Of a DNA stretch of 64,000 bases, positions 9,262 to 19,401 are shown piece after piece; position 1 is the stretch's first letter; each line of letters opens with the position of its first letter. Under the pieces are notes generated by a model, which worked only from the letters and a program-made list of their open reading frames with translations, ran no database searches and had not been told where the DNA came from. The position numbers were made by a program, and so were the translations under genes. Source of the stretch: Bacilli bacterium (GTDB lineage: Bacteria > Bacillota_I > Bacilli_A > RFN20 > UBA1709); contig JBMNFL010000001.1 in NCBI GenBank assembly GCA_050949315.1, forward strand, positions 416,001-480,000, written 5' to 3'.

Positions 9262-11193
9262 TTAATTGTAATCCATTGGTTTCTTAAAAGTTGGCACGAG
9301 ATGATGGAGAATTTCTCTAATCTTTTCCTCGGAACCAGAATTTACGCCATCAATAAGTTTTTTTATCTTTTCTTTCAATTCTTCTAATTTTAACGCCTTA
9401 TCTTTTTCAATAAAAATGAGTTTGTTTTCTGTAGCAGTTAGTTCTTCGGTTTTGATAAGCAATTCTTCATACAATTTCTCACCAGGACGTAGACCTGTTT
9501 CAATAATTTCTATATCCTTTCCTAATTCATAACCACTTAGGGAAATCATGTTCTCCGCTAAATCTAAAATTTTGACAGGTTTGCCCATATCCAAAACAAA
9601 TAATTCCCCATCTTGAGCTAATGCCCCAGATTCTAAAACAAGCTGACTTGCTTCAGTAATAGTCATGAAATAGCGTGTAACTCTTTTATCCGTTATTGTA
9701 ATGGGGCCTCCGCTAGCAATTTGCTTTTTAAATAAAGGAATAACCGAACCAGCACTACCTAAAACATTTCCAAAACGTGTGGATGTAAACACCGTTGTTG
9801 ATGGTGTAGCAGCGTAAGCTCCAACTATCATTTCACACATTCTCTTAGTTGCCCCCATAACATTTGTTGGGTTAACGGCCTTGTCAGTAGAAATCATTAT
9901 GAAATGTTCAACACCATATTTATCTGATAATTCAACACAATTTAAAGTCCCAAAAATATTGTTTTCTACTGCTTCAATACAGTTATGTTCCATTAGAGGT
10001 ACATGTTTATGAGCGGCGGCATGTAAAACAATTTGGGGATGATAAGTAATAAATACTCGCTCCAGAGCTGAACGATTACAGATAGAGAGAATCTCGACAC
10101 GGAGATCTAGTTTTTCACCGTATTTTATTTTTAAATTCTGCTGAACATCATAAACACCATTTTCATAAATATCTAAAATAATAAGTTGTTTAGGATTCAT
10201 CCCAGCAATCTGCCGACAAAGTTCACTTCCAATTGAACCGCCTCCACCAGTAATTAGAACCACCTTATCTTTATAATAACTTTTAGCTTTCTCGCTCAAT
10301 ATATTAATTTCTTCCCTAAACAATAACTCATCAATATCAAAATCTCGCAACTGTTTGCGTCCTTGCGAACCATGTTGAATAGTTGGATAATCATAGGTCT
10401 TAATCTTGAAACCAAAAGCTTGGTAATGATAATAAAGTTTTTGTCTTTCCTCTACTCGCAACTGAGGCAAAGCAAAAACAATCTCTTGAATTTCGTAATT
10501 ATTGAGCAACTCTTTGCTAATATTTCTTCCATCCAACACTGGCAACCCCTCAATTGTTCGCCCAATTTTTTCACTACTTATGTCAATAAAACAGCGAGGT
10601 ATATATGACGCGTTAACATTGTTCAAAAGTTCATCAGCCAAACTAACACCAGTTTTTCCAGCACCCACAATGGCAATTCTTATTAAATGCTCACTTTTAA
10701 TTAAATCAACTCTAACCTTATTAAAAGTGAAGATTTTTAATAATAAGCGCATTAATTTGCTCAAACGATTATCACGATTGCAACACTTATAAGTATAGCG
10801 ATAAAACATTCTCATCATTAAAACCATGAGCAAATCAACACAAAAATAAGAAAGCATCGTCATAAAAGAAATTTTTACAATCGGTAAAAATGGTACTACC
10901 AAATAAAACAAAATGAAAGCACAACCATCAGCCACCATTAATTTTATATAACACTGGATGCCACCATAGCGCCAAATCTGACGATAAATTCTGAAAAGAA
11001 ATCGGAAAAAGAAAATAAAAACAAAAGCAGCCAACAAGTGATAAAAATCATCAATCTTATTAAATGATTCTAATAAAAAGAAAAGTGAGGCTATTACTAG
11101 CAAAACTACTAAATCATAAACAACCAAAAGCCACTTAATACTATTTAACTTTTTAGCTCTCTTTTTCATCCATAACTCTCTTTCTTTCAACAA
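9262..11193 (-). CDS. Membrane-bound UDP-GlcNAc 4,6-dehydratase (CapD/PglF/EpsC family)
   Basis: Four N-terminal TM helices, TGGGGSIGSELCRQ, HAAAHKHVP, ISTDKAVNPTNVMGATKR, RFGNVLGS, GLRPGEKLYEEL. Confidence 0.93.
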   Translation of the reverse strand: MLKERELWMKKRAKKLNSIKWLLVVYDLVVLLVIASLFFLLESFNKIDDFYHLLAAFVFIFFFRFLFRIYRQIWRYGGIQCYIKLMVADGCAFILFYLVVPFLPIVKISFMTMLSYFCVDLLMVLMMRMFYRYTYKCCNRDNRLSKLMRLLLKIFTFNKVRVDLIKSEHLIRIAIVGAGKTGVSLADELLNNVNASYIPRCFIDISSEKIGRTIEGLPVLDGRNISKELLNNYEIQEIVFALPQLRVEERQKLYYHYQAFGFKIKTYDYPTIQHGSQGRKQLRDFDIDELLFREEINILSEKAKSYYKDKVVLITGGGGSIGSELCRQIAGMNPKQLIILDIYENGVYDVQQNLKIKYGEKLDLRVEILSICNRSALERVFITYHPQIVLHAAAHKHVPLMEHNCIEAVENNIFGTLNCVELSDKYGVEHFIMISTDKAVNPTNVMGATKRMCEMIVGAYAATPSTTVFTSTRFGNVLGSAGSVIPLFKKQIASGGPITITDKRVTRYFMTITEASQLVLESGALAQDGELFVLDMGKPVKILDLAENMISLSGYELGKDIEIIETGLRPGEKLYEELLIKTEELTATENKLIFIEKDKALKLEELKEKIKKLIDGVNSGSEEKIREILHHLVPTFKKPMDYN

Positions 11194-12523
11194 AACGATT
11201 TTTGGTTTCTATCATTCTGGTTTTAAAAATTTTGTTGCCATCTAAAATTAAATTAACAAGCATAGCTAAAACTAATGATCCCAAGAAAGCAAGTGCACCA
11301 CTTTTGATTAAATTCAAATCAGAAATTGTCTCTAATACACTTGTTTTATCATAATAAACAATGGAATTATCTTTAACAACTTCTTTAGCAATATCCACAA
11401 ATTCTTCGCTTATTAAGACTAAATCGTTGTATCTTTTGTCCAGTTCGGCTGTAAAATCAGCAACTTCTTCCTGATAAGTTGGATCTGTATCAAATTTTAC
11501 TTTGTTGTCAATTTTCTTTTGAATGATTTCAAGTTCATTTTCAAAATCTCTGATTTCTGTAGTATATTTGATTATCTCTTCGTTATACTTTGTCAACTCA
11601 AGTGTATAAAGCGAACCAGCGGAAGCTAATAGATTGTCTCTTTGTAATACTAAATCATCGCGTTTATTGGTACTCAAAGTTTTTTCCTTTATGTAATGCT
11701 CTTTCATAGCCTCTAGTTGTTCCATATAGCCATCATAATCATAAACATAACCTTTGTGCCGCAACTTATTACCTAGAACACTTAATGGATAATTTTTGAA
11801 ATGACTTTCAACCGCTAGTTTAACCATTGAAAGCTTACGTCCATCTTTTAAATAAATATCGTTATAATTGTTGATTAGATTGCCATAATTATCTTCAATC
11901 AAGGCTAATTGTTTTACCAAATACTCAAGTTTATCCTCATAAATATCAGATTTTTCATACAATTTTAAATAACTCATATAATCAGTTTGATCAACTATAT
12001 TATTGATTTTTACATTTGGCTCGTTAGCAATGGCTTGAGCTAAAACCACCGCCTGTTCACGAGTTAAGTATTTACCCTTGAAAACAATTCTATACCCTTC
12101 TCTATCAACTTCATATTCTTTCTTCCCACCCACTGTAGAATCAATGCCAGGAATTTCACGCATTATGGTTTCAAATTTATACGATTCTATGGCGCCTTTA
12201 TCGTAAATTTTTTTCATATCTAAAACTTTTAATTCTTCATACTGGCTTTGATATTCTTCAAGTTTTTCCAATGTAATTGTTTCACGAATATCAAAAATTG
12301 AACCATCTATATACTTACCCTCTTTTAAACAATTCACATTATAATTATGCATTCCTTCATATGTGATTTTGTTTTTACTTTGCAATAAAATAAAAGCACA
12401 GGCGCAAATAAAAGTTACTAAAGTGACAATAATAAATAACCTTATTCGACCAAACAAAACGACCATTACATCAGCAAATGAAATTTGTTGTGACACTTGA
12501 TGTACATTTTCTTGATTATTCAT
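11153..12523 (-). CDS. Wzz-like polysaccharide co-polymerase / chain-length regulator
   Basis: One TM helix near each terminus flanking a long coiled-coil-rich region; first gene of the operon; start moved to ATG 12523 (GGGGGA RBS). Confidence 0.55.
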   Translation of the reverse strand: MNNQENVHQVSQQISFADVMVVLFGRIRLFIIVTLVTFICACAFILLQSKNKITYEGMHNYNVNCLKEGKYIDGSIFDIRETITLEKLEEYQSQYEELKVLDMKKIYDKGAIESYKFETIMREIPGIDSTVGGKKEYEVDREGYRIVFKGKYLTREQAVVLAQAIANEPNVKINNIVDQTDYMSYLKLYEKSDIYEDKLEYLVKQLALIEDNYGNLINNYNDIYLKDGRKLSMVKLAVESHFKNYPLSVLGNKLRHKGYVYDYDGYMEQLEAMKEHYIKEKTLSTNKRDDLVLQRDNLLASAGSLYTLELTKYNEEIIKYTTEIRDFENELEIIQKKIDNKVKFDTDPTYQEEVADFTAELDKRYNDLVLISEEFVDIAKEVVKDNSIVYYDKTSVLETISDLNLIKSGALAFLGSLVLAMLVNLILDGNKIFKTRMIETKNRFVERKRVMDEKES

Positions 12524-12571
12524 AAATAATCCCCCAAAATATTTTAAATTTTTTAGCAATTTCCCGATTTT

Positions 12572-12705
12572 TGCGATGCCTACGGCGAGCGATGGTAACC
12601 ATCGTTAGATAACTATCTCCTCTTAAACAACTGAAAGTGCGCCAGGCTTCAATAGTTGTTGAAGATTCATGCTCGCGAAAAAAGGCGAAAATGCTTTCGT
12701 CTTTT
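12572..12705 (-). ncRNA. Candidate structured cis-regulatory leader RNA of the polysaccharide operon
   Basis: GC-richer island with hairpins cgaaa/tttcg, cttcaa/ttgaag, agata/tatct, cgatgg/ccatcg, gcc/ggc and long-range gcgagc/gctcgc pairing. Confidence 0.5.
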
Positions 12706-12707
12706 AA

Positions 12708-12736
12708 ATCATAAATGATTTAGTCCAAATAGTCAA
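12708..12736 (-). promoter_or_regulatory. Sigma-A promoter of the EPS operon
   Basis: TTGACT-17 nt-TATGAT on the minus strand. Confidence 0.7.
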
Positions 12737-12833
12737 TTCAAAACTGTATGCTTAACCTTGATACTTTTATGTGGTATAAAATTGTTTTTTATTTTATTTA
12801 TTTGTTACTAAAATTTTAATTAATAGACAATAC

Positions 12834-13382
12834 CTACAAAACTATAAATTTTTGGTGATAAATAGCCTCATAGTGCAATTTATTGTTAATTCTTTCGGAA
12901 CTGAACAATGTTATTCCTTGTACTTTAAAAGATAGATATTCAATTTGATTATTGATAAAATTTAGATGAATTTCTGGTTTTAGGAGAACTTTTCTTCCTA
13001 ATGTTATATGAGGTTTAAATGATCGATAATCTACCCTAAAACTGTTACTTTTTAAAATTTCTGTTAATCTTTTTTGAAGGGTATTTAAGGCATTACTATT
13101 ATCAAGTAAACGATTAAACAAAACACCATCATTGCCACGTTTAAAAAAGCTAATAGTTGAAAGTTTTAAAGTGAAGGGTTCTGTCGTAGCAAACTCCTTC
13201 ATTATCTTTTTAAGTAAGTCCAAGGATGCAATTTCTACTTCCCCTAAGAATGCTAAAGTTAAATGATAATTCTCGGGCCAAGGAAAACGACCATCATTAG
13301 AATGTTTTTTTAGCAATAAAGAATTGTTAGTCAATTCGTTTTTTATTTCTTGAGGCAATGAAATAGCAATGAATAAACGCAT
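12834..13382 (-). CDS. thpR: RNA 2',3'-cyclic phosphodiesterase (2H phosphoesterase)
   Basis: MRLFIAI start and two HxT motifs (HLTLAFLG, PHITLGR). Confidence 0.92.
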   Translation of the reverse strand: MRLFIAISLPQEIKNELTNNSLLLKKHSNDGRFPWPENYHLTLAFLGEVEIASLDLLKKIMKEFATTEPFTLKLSTISFFKRGNDGVLFNRLLDNSNALNTLQKRLTEILKSNSFRVDYRSFKPHITLGRKVLLKPEIHLNFINNQIEYLSFKVQGITLFSSERINNKLHYEAIYHQKFIVL

Positions 13383-13388
13383 AGATTT

Positions 13389-13901
13389 TCACTCTTTTCT
13401 TAGACGCTGAAATGCTAGTCGTTCACTACCATCAGCTAAGTAAATTATACCACAGTAAGTAAAGTCATATTTAGCCAATAGGTGTAACATAATCTTATTA
13501 TCAGCATGCGTATCTATTCGAATATCTTGATCAAATTGACTAACAAAATCTATAACCAATTTAAAAAATGATGGGACTCTATCAGCACTAGCTAAGTGGT
13601 GGATTGTCACATATTTCTCATCATTTAACCACTTACCTTGATAGATATTTTCATAAGTGGGTTCTTTATCAGTAAAAAATGAGAAAGTACCTATAATTGC
13701 ACTACTTTTAATAACTACGTAACTATGACCATTTTCTATATCTTTAAGAAGATCTTCACGTGTTGGATGGGAATTTCCCCACTGTTTAGGATTGCCACTT
13801 AATCGCATTTTTTCGCGGGCTTTTTTAAATATCAACTCTAGAATTTTTAAATCAGATTTAAGGGTTTTTCTAATTGAGATTTCCATATTAAAGTTGCTCA
13901 A
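13389..13901 (-). CDS. GNAT family N-acetyltransferase
   Basis: QWGNSHP, IRIDTHADNKIM, FTYCGII. Confidence 0.8.
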   Translation of the reverse strand: MSNFNMEISIRKTLKSDLKILELIFKKAREKMRLSGNPKQWGNSHPTREDLLKDIENGHSYVVIKSSAIIGTFSFFTDKEPTYENIYQGKWLNDEKYVTIHHLASADRVPSFFKLVIDFVSQFDQDIRIDTHADNKIMLHLLAKYDFTYCGIIYLADGSERLAFQRLRKE

Positions 13902-13909
13902 AAATCTAA

Positions 13910-14578
13910 TTATTTTTTGACTCTATGATTAAAAAAGTGGTCCTCAAGCATCAAACACCAACAGTGATAAATAGGAAGATGTAGCTCTTGAACCATGTAG
14001 GTTTCTTTTTGAGGAGCCTTAACACAGACATCAGCTAATTTTGATAGTTTACTTTCACTCTCTCCTGTTAGTCCAATAACCTTCATACCTTTAGCCTTAG
14101 CGGTAACCGCGGCATATAAAATATTTTTACTATTACCAGAAGTAGATATCCCTAGGAAAACATCATTAGGTTTACCGTACCCATTTACCTGCTGGGCAAA
14201 GCATAACAAAGGTTCCCTATCATTCATAAAGGCGGTGGTTAAGGCAAAATGGCCATCAAGAGCAATAGCTGGTAAAGCTTCTTGTAAATTATCAATTAAC
14301 ATGGGAGCATATTCACTATTAACCTTGTTTAGCTTTGTGGCAAAATCATCTGAAACTTTTCTTTCTAATTTAAAGCCCTTCATTAATTCACTAACAATGT
14401 GTTCCGCATCAGCAGCTGAACCACCATTACCAGCGATTAATAATTTGCCACCTTTTTCATAAGTCTCTTCCATTAATAAATAGGCCGCAATCATTTCTTC
14501 TTTAATAACACTAAGTTGTGGATAACGCTCTAATAAAACATCGATATGTTTTTCAAGATAATTAGCTAATTTTCTCAT
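13910..14578 (-). CDS. gmhA: Sedoheptulose-7-phosphate isomerase
   Basis: GNGGSAADAEH, ISTSGNS, QELH (SIS domain). Confidence 0.9.
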   Translation of the reverse strand: MRKLANYLEKHIDVLLERYPQLSVIKEEMIAAYLLMEETYEKGGKLLIAGNGGSAADAEHIVSELMKGFKLERKVSDDFATKLNKVNSEYAPMLIDNLQEALPAIALDGHFALTTAFMNDREPLLCFAQQVNGYGKPNDVFLGISTSGNSKNILYAAVTAKAKGMKVIGLTGESESKLSKLADVCVKAPQKETYMVQELHLPIYHCWCLMLEDHFFNHRVKK

Positions 14579-14606
14579 TTTAATTACCTGCCTTCTCTTA
14601 TTTATT

Positions 14607-15914
14607 TTAAGGTCTTACAAGAACCTTTTCAACAAAATCATTGATATCAGTAATACTTAAATCCTGACCATAGTCATTGTTACCGATTAAAGCCGTTTTA
14701 CAACCAGCTGCCTTACCCGCCTTGATATCAATAAGATCATCGCCTACCATCCAAGAACTTTTTAAATCAATATTAAAATCCTTAGCCGCTTTTAATAAAA
14801 GCCCAGGCTTAGGTTTACGACAATCACAAACAATCTTTAAAGAACTTATCTCACCATCAAAGCCCTTATCGGGATGATGCGGACAAAAATATAGGCCATC
14901 GATATAAGCCCCGGCTTCTCCTAATAAAGTCTCCATCTTATTATGTATCTCTCTAAGTTCTTCATAACTTACTTCACCACGGGCAATAACTGGTTGATTG
15001 GTAATAACAATTGCTAAATAACCAGACTCATTAATTTTCCTAATCCCTTTACTTGATGCTGGCAATAACTCAAAATCTTCAAGCCTTCTTAAAAAACCAA
15101 CATACTTATTTATAGTTCCATCACGATCAAGGAAAATCGCTCTTTGTTTATTTTTCAGATTTCTTGATTGAACCTTCCCTTTAAGATAATCTTCATTAAC
15201 CGCATAATAACGCTTGGGCGTTCCCATATCCTTAACATATTCAGGACTATCGTAACAATACATCAGTCCTGTTCCTGCTAAAGGCTTTAGGAGTTGACGA
15301 TCTAAATCAACCTTTAATATTTTCCCATCAACTTCTTGACCAATAAGTTTCTCATCAATCTTTGCTAAATCAAGAACTTTAGGACTAATAATATGTAACC
15401 CCGCATTCACACGATTTTGATACCATTTGGGGCGACTTCCTTCTTTAGTAAGCCAATCTAAAACTCTTCCCTCTTCATCGGCAATTAAAAGCCCACTATC
15501 ATAGGGATGATTATTAGGATGCGTGAAAAGAGTCACAAGTCCCCCTTTAGTCTTGTGATAGTCAACAAAACGCTTAACATCAATATCAAAGATAACATCA
15601 GCATTTAAGAGTAAGAAATCTTCTTTCAACTGCTCACGTAGTTTAAATAAAGCCCCCGCATTACCTAAAGGCTCTTCTTCAATAAAATAGGCGATTTTCA
15701 CCCCAAAACGGGAACCATCGCCAAAGTAATCCATAATCTTATCGGCCATATAGGAAACAGTAATAATAAAATCATTAAAACTCTGTTTTTTTAAACACTC
15801 AATTTCTAATTCTAAAACTGGACGACCGCCAACTTTTAAAAGGGGTTTAGGGATATCATTTGTTAAAGAACTAATCCTTGTCCCTTTCCCCCCAGCCATA
15901 ATAACTACTTTCAT
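14607..15914 (-). CDS. Fused heptose-1-phosphate nucleotidyltransferase (HddC-like) and heptose-1,7-bisphosphate phosphatase (GmhB)
   Basis: N-terminal MAGGKGTR/PKPL; C-terminal HAD FLDRDGTIN, TNQ, CPHHP, CDCRKPKPG, VGD. Confidence 0.88.
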   Translation of the reverse strand: MKVVIMAGGKGTRISSLTNDIPKPLLKVGGRPVLELEIECLKKQSFNDFIITVSYMADKIMDYFGDGSRFGVKIAYFIEEEPLGNAGALFKLREQLKEDFLLLNADVIFDIDVKRFVDYHKTKGGLVTLFTHPNNHPYDSGLLIADEEGRVLDWLTKEGSRPKWYQNRVNAGLHIISPKVLDLAKIDEKLIGQEVDGKILKVDLDRQLLKPLAGTGLMYCYDSPEYVKDMGTPKRYYAVNEDYLKGKVQSRNLKNKQRAIFLDRDGTINKYVGFLRRLEDFELLPASSKGIRKINESGYLAIVITNQPVIARGEVSYEELREIHNKMETLLGEAGAYIDGLYFCPHHPDKGFDGEISSLKIVCDCRKPKPGLLLKAAKDFNIDLKSSWMVGDDLIDIKAGKAAGCKTALIGNNDYGQDLSITDINDFVEKVLVRP

Positions 15915-16930
15915 TTTTTTAAAACTTCTTTTTCTCTTTCAACATAGGTTTCTGGGGTATAGTGAATAACTTGTGTACCACTGTTTTCAAACTTAAAAGG
16001 TACATACATTAAATCATGTAAAGCTTCCCTAACCGCCTTTTGTTTTTCCTGCGGAACATAGAAGAGTAAGAAGCCACCACCACCAGCACCTAACAACTTC
16101 CCACCAAGGGCCCCAGCTTTTATACCCTTTTCATAACATTCATCTATTTGATTAGTTGAGATGCCAGGACCAATCTTTTTCTTTAATTGCCATGCTTTAT
16201 CTAACAAGTAACCAAAGTTATCAAGATTCTCATTCTTATCAGTTAAGACCTTTTCTGCTTGATCAACTAAAAGATAAATTTCTTTTAGGTACTTAACCTT
16301 ATCTTCAGCGCCCCATTTATTAATTTTATGAACAATGGCTGAAAAATGGGTTAAACCGGTAAAGAACATTAAAAGATTATCATTCAGTCTCTTTTTACGC
16401 TCAGGACTAATTATCACTGGTAAAACCTCATAACCATCTTCATAAAAATTAATGCGGTTAAAGCCCCCATAAGAAACGGCAATCTGATCTTGCCAGCCAC
16501 CCGCTTCATTACAAAGAACACGTTCTAGATAAATGGCCTCATCGGCTAACTTCTTCTTATTAGCATACTTCCCTTTTAAAGCATAGAAAGCATTAAGCAT
16601 ACCAACGGCAAAAGAAGAACTTGTCCCTAAACCTGACCTAGCGGGTAAGTCCGCTTCATAAGTTAAACGAATTTCCCGCATATTAAGCATCTTCATCGCA
16701 TTCCTAATGGCTGGATGCTCAATCTCATCATTATCATTAACATACTCCGTTTTAGAATAAGTAAGATGAGTTTCATAATTAAAGAAACGTGGTAAGTGAC
16801 GAACCGTCACATAACAATATTTATCAAAAGTTGAAGAAAGCACGGCCCCACCGTATTTACGGAAGAAACTTTCTATATCCGTGCCCCCGCCAAAAAAAGA
16901 CATCCTAAATGGGGTTTTAGTAATAATCAT
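15911..16930 (-). CDS. hddA: D-glycero-alpha-D-manno-heptose-7-phosphate kinase (GHMP family)
   Basis: PFRMSFFGGGTD, PARSGLGTSS, GWQDQ, GGKLLGAGGGGF. Confidence 0.88.
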   Translation of the reverse strand: MIITKTPFRMSFFGGGTDIESFFRKYGGAVLSSTFDKYCYVTVRHLPRFFNYETHLTYSKTEYVNDNDEIEHPAIRNAMKMLNMREIRLTYEADLPARSGLGTSSSFAVGMLNAFYALKGKYANKKKLADEAIYLERVLCNEAGGWQDQIAVSYGGFNRINFYEDGYEVLPVIISPERKKRLNDNLLMFFTGLTHFSAIVHKINKWGAEDKVKYLKEIYLLVDQAEKVLTDKNENLDNFGYLLDKAWQLKKKIGPGISTNQIDECYEKGIKAGALGGKLLGAGGGGFLLFYVPQEKQKAVREALHDLMYVPFKFENSGTQVIHYTPETYVEREKEVLKK

Positions 16931-17141
16931 ATAAACACTCCCTTTCCATCTCTAATTATAGATTAATTAGATAGTGAAAACAAATATTAAAACATGTATC
17001 TATTTCAAGTAGGCCTGTTTTTGTTGCGTTTGACGAAAACATCATCTTTTTATAAAAATAATATTATTTTCCAATAGTCTCAAATATTTTTAAAAAATCC
17101 TTTAAATAAAATGAGACTTTTTTGTACAGTAAAAAAATGCC

Positions 17142-17762
17142 TTAATTTTGTTTTTCTTGTTTATCTTTCTCGCCTTCAACAATACCATCACGTTTAAACA
17201 CCGAAATCGCCGTTCTCAAAATAAGACTAATATCATAGAAAAAACCCCGTTTTTCGACATACTTACCATCGATCTTTGCCTTCACAGGAATTTCTAATTC
17301 ATCTCTTCCACTTATTTGAGCTAAACCTGTTAGACCAGGTTTAACATCATTAGCATGATATTTATCACGCTCATTAACAAGATCATCTTGATTCCATAAC
17401 GCTGGTCTAGGCCCTACAAAAGACATTTGTCCAATAAAAATGTTGAACAGTTGTGGGAGTTCATCAATAGATGTTTTTCGGATTAAGGACCCAACTTTTG
17501 TTATATGCGATGTCGCATTTCCTAATTTGTGGGTTGGGGCATTTGGGTCTGTATCAGTATACATACTACGGAATTTTAAAATATTGAATGTGGTTTTATT
17601 TTTCCCAATTCTTTTTTGCCTAAAAAAGACAGGACCTTTAGAATCACATTTAATAGCGATAGCAACAATAAGCATTGGCAAGGCCAAAATAATTAATGCA
17701 ATTGATGAACAAAGGATGTCAAAAACTCTCTTAAAAAAGTCGTATACTGGTTTCTTTTTCAT
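17142..17762 (-). CDS. Initiating sugar transferase, intact paralogue of 8198-8844
   Basis: KRVFD, KFRSM, DELPQ, MSFVGPRP; long identical stretches with the EPS-operon copy. Confidence 0.92.
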   Translation of the reverse strand: MKKKPVYDFFKRVFDILCSSIALIILALPMLIVAIAIKCDSKGPVFFRQKRIGKNKTTFNILKFRSMYTDTDPNAPTHKLGNATSHITKVGSLIRKTSIDELPQLFNIFIGQMSFVGPRPALWNQDDLVNERDKYHANDVKPGLTGLAQISGRDELEIPVKAKIDGKYVEKRGFFYDISLILRTAISVFKRDGIVEGEKDKQEKQN

Positions 17763-17959
17763 TTATTTTTCCCCTTCCCTTTTTTTATTTTATCATATTT
17801 AAAATAAAACCTTATAAAATTTTTAATTTCTTTATAACAATTATGAGAATTAATTCAAGGTCTTTCAACCTCAAAACAAAATCTTATTGTGTAGTTTCCA
17901 TAGATCAAATAATTAGCCGAGGTTTTTTGAAAATTCATCTAAAAATGTAAATTGATAAA

Positions 17960-18230
17960 ACCTATCTCTAATTAAAGAGTATATATTTTTTATTAACCGG
18001 TCTTTACTGCCATCAAATCGCTTTAACCAACGATATAATGAACTCTTTTAACATAATAAAAAGATAGGATCTTTCTTATTGGCCAGGACGAAACTGTCCT
18101 CCTTGAGCAGGAGTTTAATTTTGGTCATTATATACCCATATATAATTTCTTTCTTGTGTTAAAATATCCATGGGTGTCTCTTTCTATATTGGTGCAACTT
18201 CATTATAGACGAGATACCTACTTTTTTTAT
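17960..18230 (-). mobile_element. Degenerate IS transposase 5' remnant (IS481-like HTH)
   Basis: Minus-strand fragment SSLYRWLKRFDGSKDRL resembles transposase HTH; broken reading frame; abuts the truncated HerA gene. Confidence 0.45.
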
Positions 18231-18245
18231 TTATTTCTGTAACAT

Positions 18246-18737
18246 ATGTTTTATCACACTACAGATACTTTAGCGAAAAAAAAGGATGAGGAATCACAAG
18301 TTGTCCAAACTATAAATATTGTTGTTGATGAAGCTCATAATATTTTATATGAGGAAACAGGTCAAACATCATCTCATCGCAATACACTAGACGTTTTTGA
18401 GCAGGTGGTAAAAGAGGGAAGAAAATTTGGATGTTATCTTATGGTTTCAAGTCAAAGACCTAGTGATATTTCTCCTACAATTATTTCGCAACTCCATAAC
18501 TATTTTATTCACAAGTTAGTAAATCCTTCTGATATTCAAAGAATCAGAAAAGCCGTTGCATATTTAGATGAAAATTCTCTAGATTTTTTAACAGTAATGG
18601 CCCCTGGAGAATGTATTATTTCTGGTACTGCAGTTCAAATGCCTAGCTTTGCATATGTGAATCAAGTTGAAAATAAACACAGACCAAAGAGCGAGAACGT
18701 TGTATTATTTGGAGATGGAGGTTTACTAGAAAAATGA
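18246..18737 (+). pseudogene. C-terminal fragment of a HerA/FtsK-like ATPase
   Basis: Walker B IVVDEAH, KEGRKFG arginine finger, SQRPSDI; no Walker A or N-terminal region. Confidence 0.75.
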
Positions 18738-18879
18738 GACAATGATGTCCCTTGTTAATATATTCTTCATATATTTTTGGTTTTTTTGTTATTCGTATAA
18801 AAACGGCTCCTCTTCTAAATAGGTGTTTTTATTATGTCTTTCTCTAAGACTTGGAAATTAATTCAATATAAATATGGAC

Positions 18880-18901
18880 AAAGACTTTTGGAAAAGTCTT
18901 T
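18880..18901. terminator. Hairpin between convergent genes
   Basis: aaagactttt-gg-aaaagtcttt perfect inverted repeat. Confidence 0.45.
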
Positions 18902-18951
18902 TATAATCTAAATTCGATATCTTGTTTTAAACACACTTCTTCCCTATAAAA

Positions 18952-19401
18952 CTATATTGCATTTTTCACACTAATGGTGATGTGGGTTACTGCAAACAAA
19001 ACCGAAAAAATCATGAGTGGAAAATTTAAAGTCATAATCCCACTAAAGATAAATATCAATGATGGGCATATTGAAAGAAACAAAGCTCTTACTAGATTAT
19101 TCTTCCCCCACATCACTACCCAAGTAGTTAAGTAAATTATCAATAAAATACCATTTACAATTAAATACACAACTAAGGCATTAGAAAACCAAAATCCCAA
19201 AAACAATTTGGGAATATTAAACACTAAGAAAATAAAAGAACCATACCTACCTATTTGTTCACTATATTCTAAAATCTTGTTACCAAATTTATTTTTAAAA
19301 CCATCTTTAACCTTTATTGAGTAGATGATATTAGGAATCATGAGAATTATCAAAATTACTAAACCATAATAATTAAACCAATCCATAAGTTTTGCCTCCA
19401 A
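18952..19401 (-). CDS. Hypothetical membrane protein
   Basis: About 5 hydrophobic segments, EQIGRYG motif. Confidence 0.7.
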   Translation of the reverse strand: MEAKLMDWFNYYGLVILIILMIPNIIYSIKVKDGFKNKFGNKILEYSEQIGRYGSFIFLVFNIPKLFLGFWFSNALVVYLIVNGILLIIYLTTWVVMWGKNNLVRALFLSICPSLIFIFSGIMTLNFPLMIFSVLFAVTHITISVKNAI

